Positions 25,585 through 35,172 of a stretch of 41,450 nucleotides of DNA are shown here, piece by piece. Within the stretch, counting starts at the first letter, position 1. Every line of letters starts with the position of its first letter. Location: the NCBI GenBank assembly GCA_900770265.1, contig CAAGJR010000210.1, forward strand, positions 1 through 41,450, read 5' to 3'. The notes below the pieces were generated by a model. It ran no database searches, was not told where the DNA came from, and worked only from the letters and a program-made list of their open reading frames with translations. Source of the stretch: an uncultured Acidaminococcus sp. Its GTDB lineage: Bacteria > Bacillota > Negativicutes > Acidaminococcales > Acidaminococcaceae. Position numbers and translations under genes: made by a program.

Positions 25585-25613
25585 AGTTTACTTGATTGTC
25601 CATCGGCTGTCAA
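25585..25613 (-). promoter_or_regulatory. Sigma-70 promoter for the pepV leader
   Basis: TTGACA-17-TAAACT on the minus strand. Confidence 0.65.
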
Positions 25614-25646
25614 TTGATTTTTCTTACATTTTAACATTATATAGTA

Positions 25647-25688
25647 TATTGTATACATGTTGACGGGCAAATTGTTCATCTGTATAAT
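25647..25688 (+). promoter_or_regulatory. Sigma-70 promoter of the serine hydrolase with an adjacent TGTATACA palindrome
   Basis: TTGACG-17-TATAAT with TG extension (25660-25688); TATTGTATACA at 25647-25657. Confidence 0.7.
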
Positions 25689-25728
25689 GAGAAATAGCTG
25701 AAAATTTCACAAAACAGGAGGTTGTTGT

Positions 25729-27129
25729 ATGAGCAAAGGAAGATTCCTGAAAGCGGCCACCCTGGGCCTGTGTGCCGCCCTGCTGCTGCCCGCTGCCTGC
25801 CAGGCCGCCAAAGCGAAGAGAGGCATCCCCGGCCCGGCCAAAAAGCAGCTGACAGAAGAGCTGGATGCCATGGTGGGCCATACCGGCACCCACGTGCCCG
25901 GCCTGGGCGTGGAAGTCTATAAAAATGGCAAAAAGGCCTACACCCATTTCGCCGGCCACCGGTACTTTGCGGAAAAGCCCGGCCAGAAAGACCTGCCCAT
26001 CACCAGCAGCACCCGGTTCCGGGCAGCATCCGTATCCAAGATGTTCACGGCCTTCACCATCATGCAGCTGGTGGACGAGGGCAAACTGACGCTGGATGAG
26101 GATGTAAGCGACCTGCTGGGCTTCAAACTGCGGAACCCCAACTACCCGGACACCCCCATCACCGTGCGCATGCTGCTGTCCCACACCTCCAGCCTCCGGG
26201 ACGGCAAGCTGTACGCCATCCCGCCTTCCGACTCCGTCCAGGAGTTCTTCACGGAAAAGGGAAAGTTCTATGAGAACGGGGACCACTTCGCTCCCCTGGG
26301 CCAGGCCCCGGGCCAATGTTTCAAGTACTCCAACATCAACTACGGCCTTTTGGGCACCATCATCGAAAAGGTCACCGGAGAACGGTTCGACAAATACCAG
26401 AAGAGCCACATCCTGAAACAGCTGGACATCAAGGCCGACTACACCCCGGGCAATCTGTCCAAAGGAGAATTCAAGAATCTGGGCGTGATTTACCAGAAGA
26501 ACAGTAACGGCAAATGGGACGAGAACGGCCCCTGGATCCCCCAGATTGATGACTACCAGGGCAAACAGCCGCCAAAAGACCAGGTGAAGGTGCAGAACCC
26601 GGACCACCGGGACCTGGACGCCTTCTACGACCTGAAGGACTATGTGCCCGGCACCAATGCCACCGTCTTCTCCCCCCAGGGCGGCCTGCGGATCAGCTAT
26701 GACGAGCTGGGGAACACCCTGGAGATGCTGGTGAACGGCGGTAAATATAAAGGGAAACAGATCATCCGGCCGGGCCTGTTAAAAGAGATGATGAAGCCCC
26801 AGTGGACCTATGATCCGAAGAATCCCAACGGGTTCACGTATGGTGGTTCCATCGAATCCTACGGCCTGGGCCTGTACCAGATCAAAGGCAGCGGTACCAG
26901 CCGGGCGGTGAAGGACCACGAACTGGACCTGGTGGGCCACACCGGCGAAGCCTATGGCCTGCTGTCCGGGGTATTCCTGATCCCCGGCACGAAGGACGGG
27001 TTCATCTACATGATGAACGGCGAGGCCCTGGCCGAGGACGACGACCCCCGCAGCGCCGGCAAATACAGTGGCAATTACGTGTGGGAAGAGAACATCATGG
27101 ACACCATCTGCCGGAATGCGTTCTTTTGA
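25729..27129 (+). CDS. Secreted serine hydrolase, beta-lactamase class C / AmpH / AmiE-like
   Basis: Signal peptide; SxxK (ASVSK), LLSHTS, YSN and HTG motifs. Confidence 0.88.
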   Translation: MSKGRFLKAATLGLCAALLLPAACQAAKAKRGIPGPAKKQLTEELDAMVGHTGTHVPGLGVEVYKNGKKAYTHFAGHRYFAEKPGQKDLPITSSTRFRAASVSKMFTAFTIMQLVDEGKLTLDEDVSDLLGFKLRNPNYPDTPITVRMLLSHTSSLRDGKLYAIPPSDSVQEFFTEKGKFYENGDHFAPLGQAPGQCFKYSNINYGLLGTIIEKVTGERFDKYQKSHILKQLDIKADYTPGNLSKGEFKNLGVIYQKNSNGKWDENGPWIPQIDDYQGKQPPKDQVKVQNPDHRDLDAFYDLKDYVPGTNATVFSPQGGLRISYDELGNTLEMLVNGGKYKGKQIIRPGLLKEMMKPQWTYDPKNPNGFTYGGSIESYGLGLYQIKGSGTSRAVKDHELDLVGHTGEAYGLLSGVFLIPGTKDGFIYMMNGEALAEDDDPRSAGKYSGNYVWEENIMDTICRNAFF

Positions 27130-27165
27130 AAAAAGGAGCTATCCCTTATCGGGATAGCTCCTTTT
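27129..27165. terminator. Bidirectional terminator between convergent genes
   Basis: AAAAGGAGCTATCCC..GGGATAGCTCCTTTT. Confidence 0.85.
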
Positions 27166-28132
27166 CGTATTGTTCCAGCACCTGTTCCAACGCTTCTTTC
27201 GTCAGGCACTGGCTGATGGCGTTGCGGTAGAACGCACTCCTTGGCAGGCCGTGGAAATAGTGGGCCCCGTGGTTGCGCATTTCCCGGATGGCCACCTTTT
27301 CCCCCTTGAAGGCGATCAGGTCCCGCAGGTGCCGCCGCACCATGGTGAACCGTTCCGGAATCGTCACTTCCGGGATCGGCTGCCCGGACAGCGCCGCCTT
27401 CACCTCCCGGAAGATCCAGGGATTCCCCTGGGCCCCCCGGGCGATCATGATGCCGTCGCAGTGGGTGGCTTCCCGCAGGGCCAGGGCGTCCCGGGCCGTG
27501 AAAACATCCCCGTTGCCGATCACCGGGATGGACACGGCTTCCTTCACCTGGCGGATGATGTCCCAGTCCGCTTTACCGCTGTAGAACTGGCCCCGGGTAC
27601 GGCCATGGACGGCTACCGCCGCCACGCCGGCCTTCTCGGCCAGCCGGGCGATTTCCACGGCGTTTTTGTGCTCGTCGTCCCAGCCGGCCCGGAACTTCAC
27701 TGTCACCGGCAGGTCCACGGCGTCCACCAGGGCGCACAGGCAGGCATAGGCCCGCTCCGGATCCTTCATGAGTGCGGACCCCTCTCCGTTGGATACGATC
27801 TTGTGCACCGGGCAGCCCATGTTGAAGTCGATGACGTCTGCGCCGTGTTCCGCCACGATCTTCGCCCCCTGGGCCAGTTCCTCAGGCACGGACCCGAACA
27901 GCTGGATGGCCACAGGATGCTCCCGGGGATCCACTTCCAGCATGGCAAAGGTCTTGGGGTTCTTGAACAGCAGCGCCTTGGCACTGACCATCTCAGATAC
28001 CACATAATCGGCCCCCAGTTCCCGGCAGATGACGCGAAAAGGCAGATCCGTAACCCCAGCCATAGGGCCCAGGATGACGGGGATGTGGGACGGAGTGAAC
28101 AGGTGCTCCGTAAGGGTTGTGTTTGTCGTCAT
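27146..28132 (-). CDS. dusB: tRNA dihydrouridine synthase DusB
   Basis: [19 protein letters not shown] and GNGD motifs; GGAG RBS favours ATG 28132 over 28147. Confidence 0.93.
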   Translation of the reverse strand: MTTNTTLTEHLFTPSHIPVILGPMAGVTDLPFRVICRELGADYVVSEMVSAKALLFKNPKTFAMLEVDPREHPVAIQLFGSVPEELAQGAKIVAEHGADVIDFNMGCPVHKIVSNGEGSALMKDPERAYACLCALVDAVDLPVTVKFRAGWDDEHKNAVEIARLAEKAGVAAVAVHGRTRGQFYSGKADWDIIRQVKEAVSIPVIGNGDVFTARDALALREATHCDGIMIARGAQGNPWIFREVKAALSGQPIPEVTIPERFTMVRRHLRDLIAFKGEKVAIREMRNHGAHYFHGLPRSAFYRNAISQCLTKEALEQVLEQYEKELSR

Positions 28133-28156
28133 GTTTTTGTTCTCCATTGGGTAATG

Positions 28157-28257
28157 TCAGTCGTCAGTGGTCAGTAGTCAGTGGCCAAAGGAAAGCAGGA
28201 AGCAGCAAATCACTGCTTCCTGCTTTTCTGCAACGTATGACCTATGACGTATGACGT
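28157..28257. repeat. Two heptamer arrays (TCAGTNG)4 and (GTATGAC)3 flanking a terminator-like hairpin
   Basis: Arrays at 28157-28184 and 28234-28257; AAAGCAGGAAGCAG..CTGCTTCCTGCTTT between them. Confidence 0.7.
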
Positions 28258-28261
28258 CTTT

Positions 28262-29044
28262 TTAGTACTGCTTGGGATGGTTCATGTTGTAGAGGATCCG
28301 CAGCCCTTCCAGGGTCAGGAACGGTTCCACCACATCCACATGTTCCGATTCGGATGCCATCAGCTTGCCGAACCCGCCCGTAGCCACTACGAAAGCCTGG
28401 CCGCCCAATTCTTTTTTCATGCGGGTGATCAGGCCGTCCATCTGGCCTACGAACCCGAAGATCACGCCGCTGCGCATGGCATGGATCGTATCCCGGCAGA
28501 TGGCTTTCGGCGGTTTGATCAGTTCGATCCGGGGCAGCTTGGCTGCCTTCTGGAACAGGGCTTCCGTGGAAATGCCGATGCCCGGGGCAATGGCGCCGCC
28601 CAGGTATTCCCCGTCGGGCCGCAGGGCGCAGAACGTGGTGGCCGTCCCGAAGTCGATGATGATCAGGTTGCCTTTGTCGCCGTACATATGATGGGCAGCC
28701 ACAGCGTTCACGATCCGGTCCGCCCCGATCTGGGAAGGATCATCATAATCCAGCTTCAGGCCGGTCTTGATTTCGCTGGTCACCACAAAGGGGGTGATCC
28801 CGAAATACCGTTTGCACATGTTGCACAGGGGAACCAGCAGGGGCGGCACCACGGTGGAAATGATGATATCCTCGATATCCTTCATATCCATGCCGCTGTA
28901 GGCAAACATGCTCCCCAGGATGATGCCGAATTCATCCGAAGTGCGGGAACGGCTGCTGGAGATTCTCCAGTGTGCCTGCCAGGACTTGCCATCATGAACG
29001 CCTACTACGATATTGGTGTTCCCAACATCCATTACCATCAACAT
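28262..29044 (-). CDS. coaX: Type III pantothenate kinase
   Basis: DVGNTN, IGADR and IDFGTATT motifs. Confidence 0.96.
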   Translation of the reverse strand: MLMVMDVGNTNIVVGVHDGKSWQAHWRISSSRSRTSDEFGIILGSMFAYSGMDMKDIEDIIISTVVPPLLVPLCNMCKRYFGITPFVVTSEIKTGLKLDYDDPSQIGADRIVNAVAAHHMYGDKGNLIIIDFGTATTFCALRPDGEYLGGAIAPGIGISTEALFQKAAKLPRIELIKPPKAICRDTIHAMRSGVIFGFVGQMDGLITRMKKELGGQAFVVATGGFGKLMASESEHVDVVEPFLTLEGLRILYNMNHPKQY

Positions 29045-29187
29045 GGTCTTTTTACCTCCAAAATTTTCCGGTCTAGGTTTACCAGGGTCTCTTACCCCTG
29101 GTCAGAAACGCTTCTATTATAGGGGGAAAGCCCCAGAAAGTCAAGACAGAAGCCCTTCTGATATTCCTGCTGCAACCTCCGTTTTCC

Positions 29188-29748
29188 TTACGCCTGCCAC
29201 ATGCCGCTGGCTTTCAGGGCCCGGCGGATCCGGATGCCCAGGAAGGCCGCCAGGAAACTCTTGATGATATCCAGGGGCAGGAACGGCACCACGGCCAGGG
29301 CCATGGTCTTGTCCCAGGTCATGGGCTTGTGCAGGAAGTACGCAAAGCTCAGCTTGAAGCCGATGGCCCCGATGGCATAGCACACCACCATGGTGAGAGC
29401 CAGCCCCAGGAAATTCTTCAGCAGACCGTCACCCACCTTGCTGTGGCTCAGTTTCCCGGCCATCCAGGCCACGATGGGGAAGCTGACCAGGAAGCCCCCG
29501 GTGGGCCCGGCCAGCATCACGATGCCCGACTGGCCCTGGTTGAACACCGGCAGCCCCAGGCAGCCCAGCAGCAGCCAGACGATGATGCTCACCGGTCCCC
29601 ACACCGGCCCCAGCAAAAAGCCGGCCAGCATGGCCATGAACGTCTGCAGGGTGATGGGCACGGGCCCGATGGGAATGGTCACATAGGAGCTGAGGATCAT
29701 CAGGCCGGCAAACAGCGCGGCCCCCATTAAATTTCTCGTGCGGGTCAT
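29188..29748 (-). CDS. bioY: Biotin ECF substrate-binding component BioY
   Basis: PVPITLQT, GLPVF and GPTGGFL motifs. Confidence 0.95.
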   Translation of the reverse strand: MTRTRNLMGAALFAGLMILSSYVTIPIGPVPITLQTFMAMLAGFLLGPVWGPVSIIVWLLLGCLGLPVFNQGQSGIVMLAGPTGGFLVSFPIVAWMAGKLSHSKVGDGLLKNFLGLALTMVVCYAIGAIGFKLSFAYFLHKPMTWDKTMALAVVPFLPLDIIKSFLAAFLGIRIRRALKASGMWQA

Positions 29749-30740
29749 GCGTATTTCCCCTTTCCCTGGGCCGGACGGATGGAAACATCCCCGGCCAGTA
29801 CCGTTGCCACCGTACCGTCTTCCTTCCGTACCTGCAGGGCCCCGGTGCTGTCGATATCCATCGCCGTGCCCACATAGGTCTCATCCGGAGCAATGACCTT
29901 CACCTGCTTGCCCAGGGTGATGGAATACTTCCGCCACTGGTCGAAGATGGCCCCGAACCCGTTTTTGCAGGCCTCGTCGTAGTACAGTTCCATATAATCC
30001 AGTACCTTGGCTAGAAGGGCCACCCGGTCCACCTTGCCGCCGGTCACGTCCGCAATGGAAATGGCGGACGCCCGCAGGTCTTCCGGAACCATTTCCTTCG
30101 GCACGCACACGTTGATGCCGGTACCGCACACCAGGTAGTTGATGTGGCCGAATTCGGCGCTCATTTCCGTCAGGATGCCCACCAGCTTCTTCCCTTCCAG
30201 CAGTACATCGTTGGGCCACTTGATCTGGGCTTCCACGCCGCAGACTTCCCGGATGGCCCGCACCACGGCCACAGCGGCCAGCAGGGTCATCTTCGGGGCT
30301 TCCTGGGGCAGGAACGTGGGCTTCAGCAGCACGGAGAACCACAGGCCCTTGCCCTTGGGGCTGAACCAGCCCCGCCGCAGCCGGCCCTTGCCGCCGGTCT
30401 GTTCCTCCGCCACACAGACGGTGCCGTCGGCCGCCCCCTGGTCCGCCAGTTTTTTCAGCACTTCGTTGGAGCTGACCACGCTTTCTTCATAGCAGATGTG
30501 CCGGCCCAAAAACCGGGTGTGGAGCTTTTCACCGATTTCCGAAGGCAGCAGTTTGTCGGGCACACTGGTGAGCACATAGCCCTTTTTCGTGAAGGCCTCG
30601 ATGCCGTAGCCTTCCTCCTTCAGCACCTGGATGTGTTTCCACACAGCCGTCCGGCTGATGCCCAGGGTCTTGGCCAGTTCCTCTCCGGACACCGGTTCCG
30701 GAGCCTTGTCCCGCAAAATCTTCAAGATCTCGTTCCGCAT
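29745..30740 (-). CDS. birA: Bifunctional biotin ligase / repressor BirA
   Basis: N-terminal HTH SGEELA..LGISRTAVWK; QTGGKGR, KWPND and KLVGIL motifs. Confidence 0.96.
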   Translation of the reverse strand: MRNEILKILRDKAPEPVSGEELAKTLGISRTAVWKHIQVLKEEGYGIEAFTKKGYVLTSVPDKLLPSEIGEKLHTRFLGRHICYEESVVSSNEVLKKLADQGAADGTVCVAEEQTGGKGRLRRGWFSPKGKGLWFSVLLKPTFLPQEAPKMTLLAAVAVVRAIREVCGVEAQIKWPNDVLLEGKKLVGILTEMSAEFGHINYLVCGTGINVCVPKEMVPEDLRASAISIADVTGGKVDRVALLAKVLDYMELYYDEACKNGFGAIFDQWRKYSITLGKQVKVIAPDETYVGTAMDIDSTGALQVRKEDGTVATVLAGDVSIRPAQGKGKYA

Positions 30741-30800
30741 AACAGCGCTTCCTTTCGTTTCCATATGTCTATCAACAAGTTAACACAACTGTCAAAAGGA

Positions 30801-30923
30801 AAGGCTGTGAAACTTCACAGCCTTCCTCTTCATTTCTTCAAAGCCTGCGAAAGCAGGCTTCCTTCAGCTAGTGACTAGTGACCAGTGACTAGTGACTGAA
30901 TCAGCCATGGAAACGGCTGATTC
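30801..30923 (-). repeat. Heptamer module downstream of ftsH
   Basis: GCCTGC-GAAA-GCAGGC-TTCCTTCAGC-(TAGTGAC)4 between hairpins at 30801-30824 and 30898-30923. Confidence 0.85.
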
Positions 30924-32861
30924 CTACGCCTGCGGTACTTCCCGCGGTACCGGCGCCACAGCCGGTTCCTCGGACGGTTCCTTCACCGGGATGGGCCCGA
31001 TGGGAGCCGGATCCCCATCCTTGGGTTTGTTGGAGTCCTCTTTGGGAGGCACTTCCCCTTTTTCCAGGATGTGGCCGTACTTGATCAGTTCTTCCACTTC
31101 GTGGCCTTCCAGGGTTTCCCGTTCGATCAGGTTCCTGGCGATCAGGTGCAGCTTGTCCATGTTGTCGTTCAGCAGCTTGACGGTACCTTCGTAGGCTTCG
31201 TCGATGAACCGGCGGATTTCGCCGTCGATCTGGGCTGCCACCTTTTCACTGTAGTCGTTCTGGCGGCCGATATCCCGGCCCAGGAACACCTGTTCCTGAC
31301 GGTGGCCGAACGTCACAGCCCCCAGCACTTCGCTCATGCCGTATTCACAGGTCATACGGCGGGCCAGTTCCGTAGCCCGCTGCAGGTCGCTGCTGGCGCC
31401 GCTGGAGATTTCGTGCAGTACCAGGGCTTCGGCCACCCGGCCGCCCAGCAGCACTTTCAGCTGATCCAGCATCTCACTGCGGGTCGCATAGTACCGGTCT
31501 TCCGTAGGCAGGCTCAGGGTATAGCCACCGGCCCGGCCTCTGGGGATGATGGTGACCTTGTGCACCGGATCCGTGTGATCCAGCAGCATGCCCACCAGGG
31601 TATGGCCCCCTTCGTGGTAGGCCGTCAGCCGTTTTTCCTCGTCGGTGATGACCCGGCTCTTCCGTTCCGGTCCCATCATCACCCGTTCGGCGGCTTCTTC
31701 CAGGTCGCTCATGGTGATGGTCACCTGGTTGTTCCGGGCTGCCAGCAAGGCGCCTTCGTTCACCAGGTTGGCCAGATCCGCCCCGGTGAAGCCGGGGGTC
31801 TGGCGGGCGATCACGCCCAGATCCACACTGGGATCGATGGGTTTGCCCTTGGTGTGGACCCGCAGGATGGCGCGGCGGCCCCGGATATCCGGTTTGTCCA
31901 CCACGATCTGCCGGTCGAAACGGCCCGGACGCAGCAGGGCCGGATCCAGGATATCCGGACGGTTGGTGGCGGCGATCATGATGATGCCTTCGTTGGCCCC
32001 GAAACCGTCCATTTCAACCAGTAACTGGTTCAACGTCTGTTCCCGTTCATCGTGGCCGCCGCCCAGACCGGCACCTCTCTGCCGGCCCACGGCATCGATT
32101 TCATCGATGAACACGATGCAGGGTGCATTCTTCTTGGCCTGGTCGAACAGATCCCGTACCCGGGAGGCGCCCACGCCCACGAACATTTCCACGAAATCGG
32201 AACCGGAGATGCTGAAGAACGGCACACCGGCTTCCCCGGCAACAGCCTTGGCCAGCAGGGTCTTACCAGTGCCGGGAGGCCCGTACAGCAGTACGCCCTT
32301 GGGGATCTTGGCCCCCAATTGGTTGTACTTCTGGGGTGCCTTCAAAAATTCCACCACTTCTTCCAGTTCCTGTTTGGCTTCGTCAGCACCGGCCACATCC
32401 TTGAACGTGACCTTGCTCTTGCCGTCGCCGTACAGTTTGGCTTTGCTCTTGCCGAAGCTCATGACCCGGCTGCCGCCGCCCTGGGCGTTGTTCATCATGA
32501 AGAACCACAGGATCACGATGACCACCATGGGCAGGATGGACGTCAGCAGGTTGCTGAGCATGGAGGGCTGGGGCGGCAGTTCCGCCTTGATTTCCACATC
32601 CCGGGCTTCCAGGGTTTCCACCAGTTTGTTGTCCCGGGGGGCGATGGAGGTGAATTCGGCTCCGTTCTTCAGTTTGCCCTTGATCACGGAGTTGTCCACG
32701 ATGGTGACGCTCTTCACTTCATCCTGCTGGACTTCCTTGATGAAGTTGCTGTAGCTCATTTCGTTCTTCGGGGTGTTGGATGCATTGTAATAATCGTAGA
32801 TCCAGACGCCCACGATGACGATGAGCAGGTAAAATACAAGGTTGCGGATAAACTTACTCAC
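30924..32861 (-). CDS. ftsH: ATP-dependent zinc metalloprotease FtsH
   Basis: Two transmembrane helices, [21 protein letters not shown] and HEGGH. Confidence 0.98.
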   Translation of the reverse strand: MSKFIRNLVFYLLIVIVGVWIYDYYNASNTPKNEMSYSNFIKEVQQDEVKSVTIVDNSVIKGKLKNGAEFTSIAPRDNKLVETLEARDVEIKAELPPQPSMLSNLLTSILPMVVIVILWFFMMNNAQGGGSRVMSFGKSKAKLYGDGKSKVTFKDVAGADEAKQELEEVVEFLKAPQKYNQLGAKIPKGVLLYGPPGTGKTLLAKAVAGEAGVPFFSISGSDFVEMFVGVGASRVRDLFDQAKKNAPCIVFIDEIDAVGRQRGAGLGGGHDEREQTLNQLLVEMDGFGANEGIIMIAATNRPDILDPALLRPGRFDRQIVVDKPDIRGRRAILRVHTKGKPIDPSVDLGVIARQTPGFTGADLANLVNEGALLAARNNQVTITMSDLEEAAERVMMGPERKSRVITDEEKRLTAYHEGGHTLVGMLLDHTDPVHKVTIIPRGRAGGYTLSLPTEDRYYATRSEMLDQLKVLLGGRVAEALVLHEISSGASSDLQRATELARRMTCEYGMSEVLGAVTFGHRQEQVFLGRDIGRQNDYSEKVAAQIDGEIRRFIDEAYEGTVKLLNDNMDKLHLIARNLIERETLEGHEVEELIKYGHILEKGEVPPKEDSNKPKDGDPAPIGPIPVKEPSEEPAVAPVPREVPQA

Positions 32862-32917
32862 ACTTGACTCCTTTCCTGCCTGGGGCGCTTCCCGCTTTGC
32901 CTCAGGACATGGAGAAA

Positions 32918-33457
32918 TTATTTTTCATACACGGAACGTTTCAGGACGCCGATGTAGGGCAGGTTCCGGAACTCTTCGTCGTAATCCAGGCCGAAGCCCA
33001 CCACGAATTCGTCGGGGATCTCGAACCCGGCATAATGGGGCAGGACCTTCACCAGCCGGCGTTCCTTCTTGTCCAGCATGACGGCCACCTTCAGGCTCTT
33101 GGGGTTGCGGTTGTGGAACAGTTCGCTCACTTCCTTCAGAGTCAGGCCCGTATCCACCACATCATCCACCAGCAGCACGTTCTTGCCGGCGATGTTGCGG
33201 CTGGTATCGTAGTCGATGTCCACTTTCCCGGAGGATTTCGTCCCGGAACCGTAGGAGGATGCCTTGATGAAGTCGATGCGCACCGGCACGGTGATGTGCT
33301 GGGTCAGTTCCGTCAGGAAGTAGGCGGCGCCCTTCAGCAGGCCGATGACCACCAGTTCTTCTCCGGCGTAATCCTTGCTGATCTGGGCCCCCATTTCAGC
33401 GATACGGGCTTTCAGCGTTTTTTCATCGATCAGGACTCTTTCAATTTTGTCGTTCAT
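32918..33457 (-). CDS. hpt: Hypoxanthine phosphoribosyltransferase
   Basis: [13 protein letters not shown] and FVVGFGLD motifs. Confidence 0.96.
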   Translation of the reverse strand: MNDKIERVLIDEKTLKARIAEMGAQISKDYAGEELVVIGLLKGAAYFLTELTQHITVPVRIDFIKASSYGSGTKSSGKVDIDYDTSRNIAGKNVLLVDDVVDTGLTLKEVSELFHNRNPKSLKVAVMLDKKERRLVKVLPHYAGFEIPDEFVVGFGLDYDEEFRNLPYIGVLKRSVYEK

Positions 33458-34502
33458 TTCTTTGACGCTCCTTTTGTGCTAACTTGGCAGCCCGTTCTTC
33501 TTCCCGGGACCGCTGGTTCTTTCCCACCATCAGCCGGCCGTTCAAATAGATCAGCCGGACACCGCCGGGGACATCCAGGGCTTTGTTGCCCACACCCCGT
33601 GCAATCATATCCAGGATTTTCTGGACATGTTCATAACCGATTTCTGCGCCGCCCACGTTCCGGGCCAGGATCCGGATCACCCGGCTCTGGAGCGCGGCCG
33701 GCAGGGCCGCAAATTCCTTTTCCACCTTGATATCCCAGGTGTCGAACACTTCCCGGCCGTAGCAGTTGATGTACCGGGTGGCCTGGTGCTCCAGATAGGC
33801 TTCGTCATCTGCCGCCAGAGCTGCAGCCTGGGCCAGCTGTTTACGGATCTGGGGATTTTGGGTCTCCAGCAGGGGCAGCAGCTTCTGCCGCACCCAGTTC
33901 CGTTTCAACGTCAGGTCCCCGTTGCTGCTGTCCTCACAATAGGTCAGCCCCTGTTCCTCGCAGTAGGCTTCCGTATCCCGCCGGGTAATGCTGAGGAAGG
34001 GCCGGGCCAGATACCCGCTTACGGGCAGCATCCCCCGCAGGCCCCGGGTACCGGCGCCCCGCAGCAGGTTCAGCAGCACCGTCTCCGCCTGGTCGTCCCG
34101 GTGATGGGCCAGGAAGATGGCTTTGGCATCCGCTTCCTTCCGGCAGGTTTCCAGCGCTTCATAGCGCAGCCGCCGGGCCGCGTCCTCCACGGAAAGGCCC
34201 TCTTTCCGGGCCAGGTCGCCGGCGTCCACATCCACCCGTTTGAAGGCGAGACCGTTCTGCATGCAGTAGTCTTCCACCAGACGGGCATCCCGTTCGGCTT
34301 CGTCGCCCCGCAGATGGTGCTGGACATGCACCACCAGGACCCTTACCTGGTCCTCTTCTCCCTGTTTCGCCATGGCATCGGTCAGGGCCAGGGAGTCGGC
34401 ACCCCCGCTGCAGGCGGCGATCACCGTGGTTTGAGGCTGCCAGAGTGGAGAAGCTGCCACCAGTTTCTTCATGCTGTCTTCTAAAATACTCACGTCTTCC
34501 AC
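33441..34502 (-). CDS. tilS: tRNA(Ile)-lysidine synthetase
   Basis: SGGADS, HHRDDQAET, RPFL and DSSN motifs. Exact start uncertain. Confidence 0.93.
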   Translation of the reverse strand: MEDVSILEDSMKKLVAASPLWQPQTTVIAACSGGADSLALTDAMAKQGEEDQVRVLVVHVQHHLRGDEAERDARLVEDYCMQNGLAFKRVDVDAGDLARKEGLSVEDAARRLRYEALETCRKEADAKAIFLAHHRDDQAETVLLNLLRGAGTRGLRGMLPVSGYLARPFLSITRRDTEAYCEEQGLTYCEDSSNGDLTLKRNWVRQKLLPLLETQNPQIRKQLAQAAALAADDEAYLEHQATRYINCYGREVFDTWDIKVEKEFAALPAALQSRVIRILARNVGGAEIGYEHVQKILDMIARGVGNKALDVPGGVRLIYLNGRLMVGKNQRSREEERAAKLAQKERQRNERQN

Positions 34503-34513
34503 TCACCCCTTAA

Positions 34514-34545
34514 TAAAAAAAGGTACTTCCGAGGAAGTACCTTCT
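34514..34545 (-). terminator. Terminator after the S1 gene
   Basis: AAGGTACTTCC-GA-GGAAGTACCTT with an A-tract on the left. Confidence 0.75.
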
Positions 34546-34552
34546 GTGTTCA

Positions 34553-35071
34553 TCAATCTCCTCTGCGAGCACCACGGCCGCCCCGTTTGGATTCCGTATT
34601 CCGTTTCAGATCCAGCAGACGATCATCGCTTTCCTTCAGGAACTTGGAAAGCTTGTCTTCGAAGCTCATGGGACCCGCGGGCCGGGGAGCTCCGTGGAAG
34701 GTTTTGCCTTCGAACCGCTTCTTGCCCTCGAACCGTTTGCCGCCTTCGAAGTGCTTATTCCCGCCTTCGAAGCGTTTCCCTTCGAAATGTCTGTTTTCGA
34801 AGGAATGGCCCGGTTTCCGTTCCGGCATGGGAGCCGGGGGCATCAGGGCTTTCAGAGAAAGGCCGATCTTGCCTTTTTCATCCACCGAAACCACCTTGAC
34901 GGTGACTTTGTCCTTCACTTTGAGGAAATCATGTACATCCTTGACGAAGACATTGGAAACCTCAGAAATGTGAATCAAACCAACCTTATTTTCGGGTAAC
35001 GACACAAATGCACCGAAATTCGTAATCCCGGTGACGATCCCATCTACAACTGCGCCTTTTTCCAAAGCCAT
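34553..35071 (-). CDS. S1 RNA-binding domain protein (YabR/YugI-like)
   Basis: ITNFGAFV..GLIHISE S1 motif; C-terminal SFEDKLSKFLKESDDR. Confidence 0.92.
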   Translation of the reverse strand: MALEKGAVVDGIVTGITNFGAFVSLPENKVGLIHISEVSNVFVKDVHDFLKVKDKVTVKVVSVDEKGKIGLSLKALMPPAPMPERKPGHSFENRHFEGKRFEGGNKHFEGGKRFEGKKRFEGKTFHGAPRPAGPMSFEDKLSKFLKESDDRLLDLKRNTESKRGGRGARRGD

Positions 35072-35172
35072 AGGTCAAAGACATCCTCCTTTTATCAGTG
35101 GGTATTACGTTAACCATTATACCGTTGTTAACGAAATTTCGTCAAGGGGAAAAAGAGGGGGAATCAAGGCCC

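Noticed and set aside
28133..28147. Identical MENKN N-termini in the dusB and tsaD ORFs
   Set aside because: Five residues only, and the dusB start is more likely the next ATG; treated as coincidence.
30765..30795. BirA operator upstream of birA-bioY
   Set aside because: Only one good GTTAACA half-site; the partner arm is degenerate and the spacing is shorter than the known Firmicutes consensus, so it is not called.
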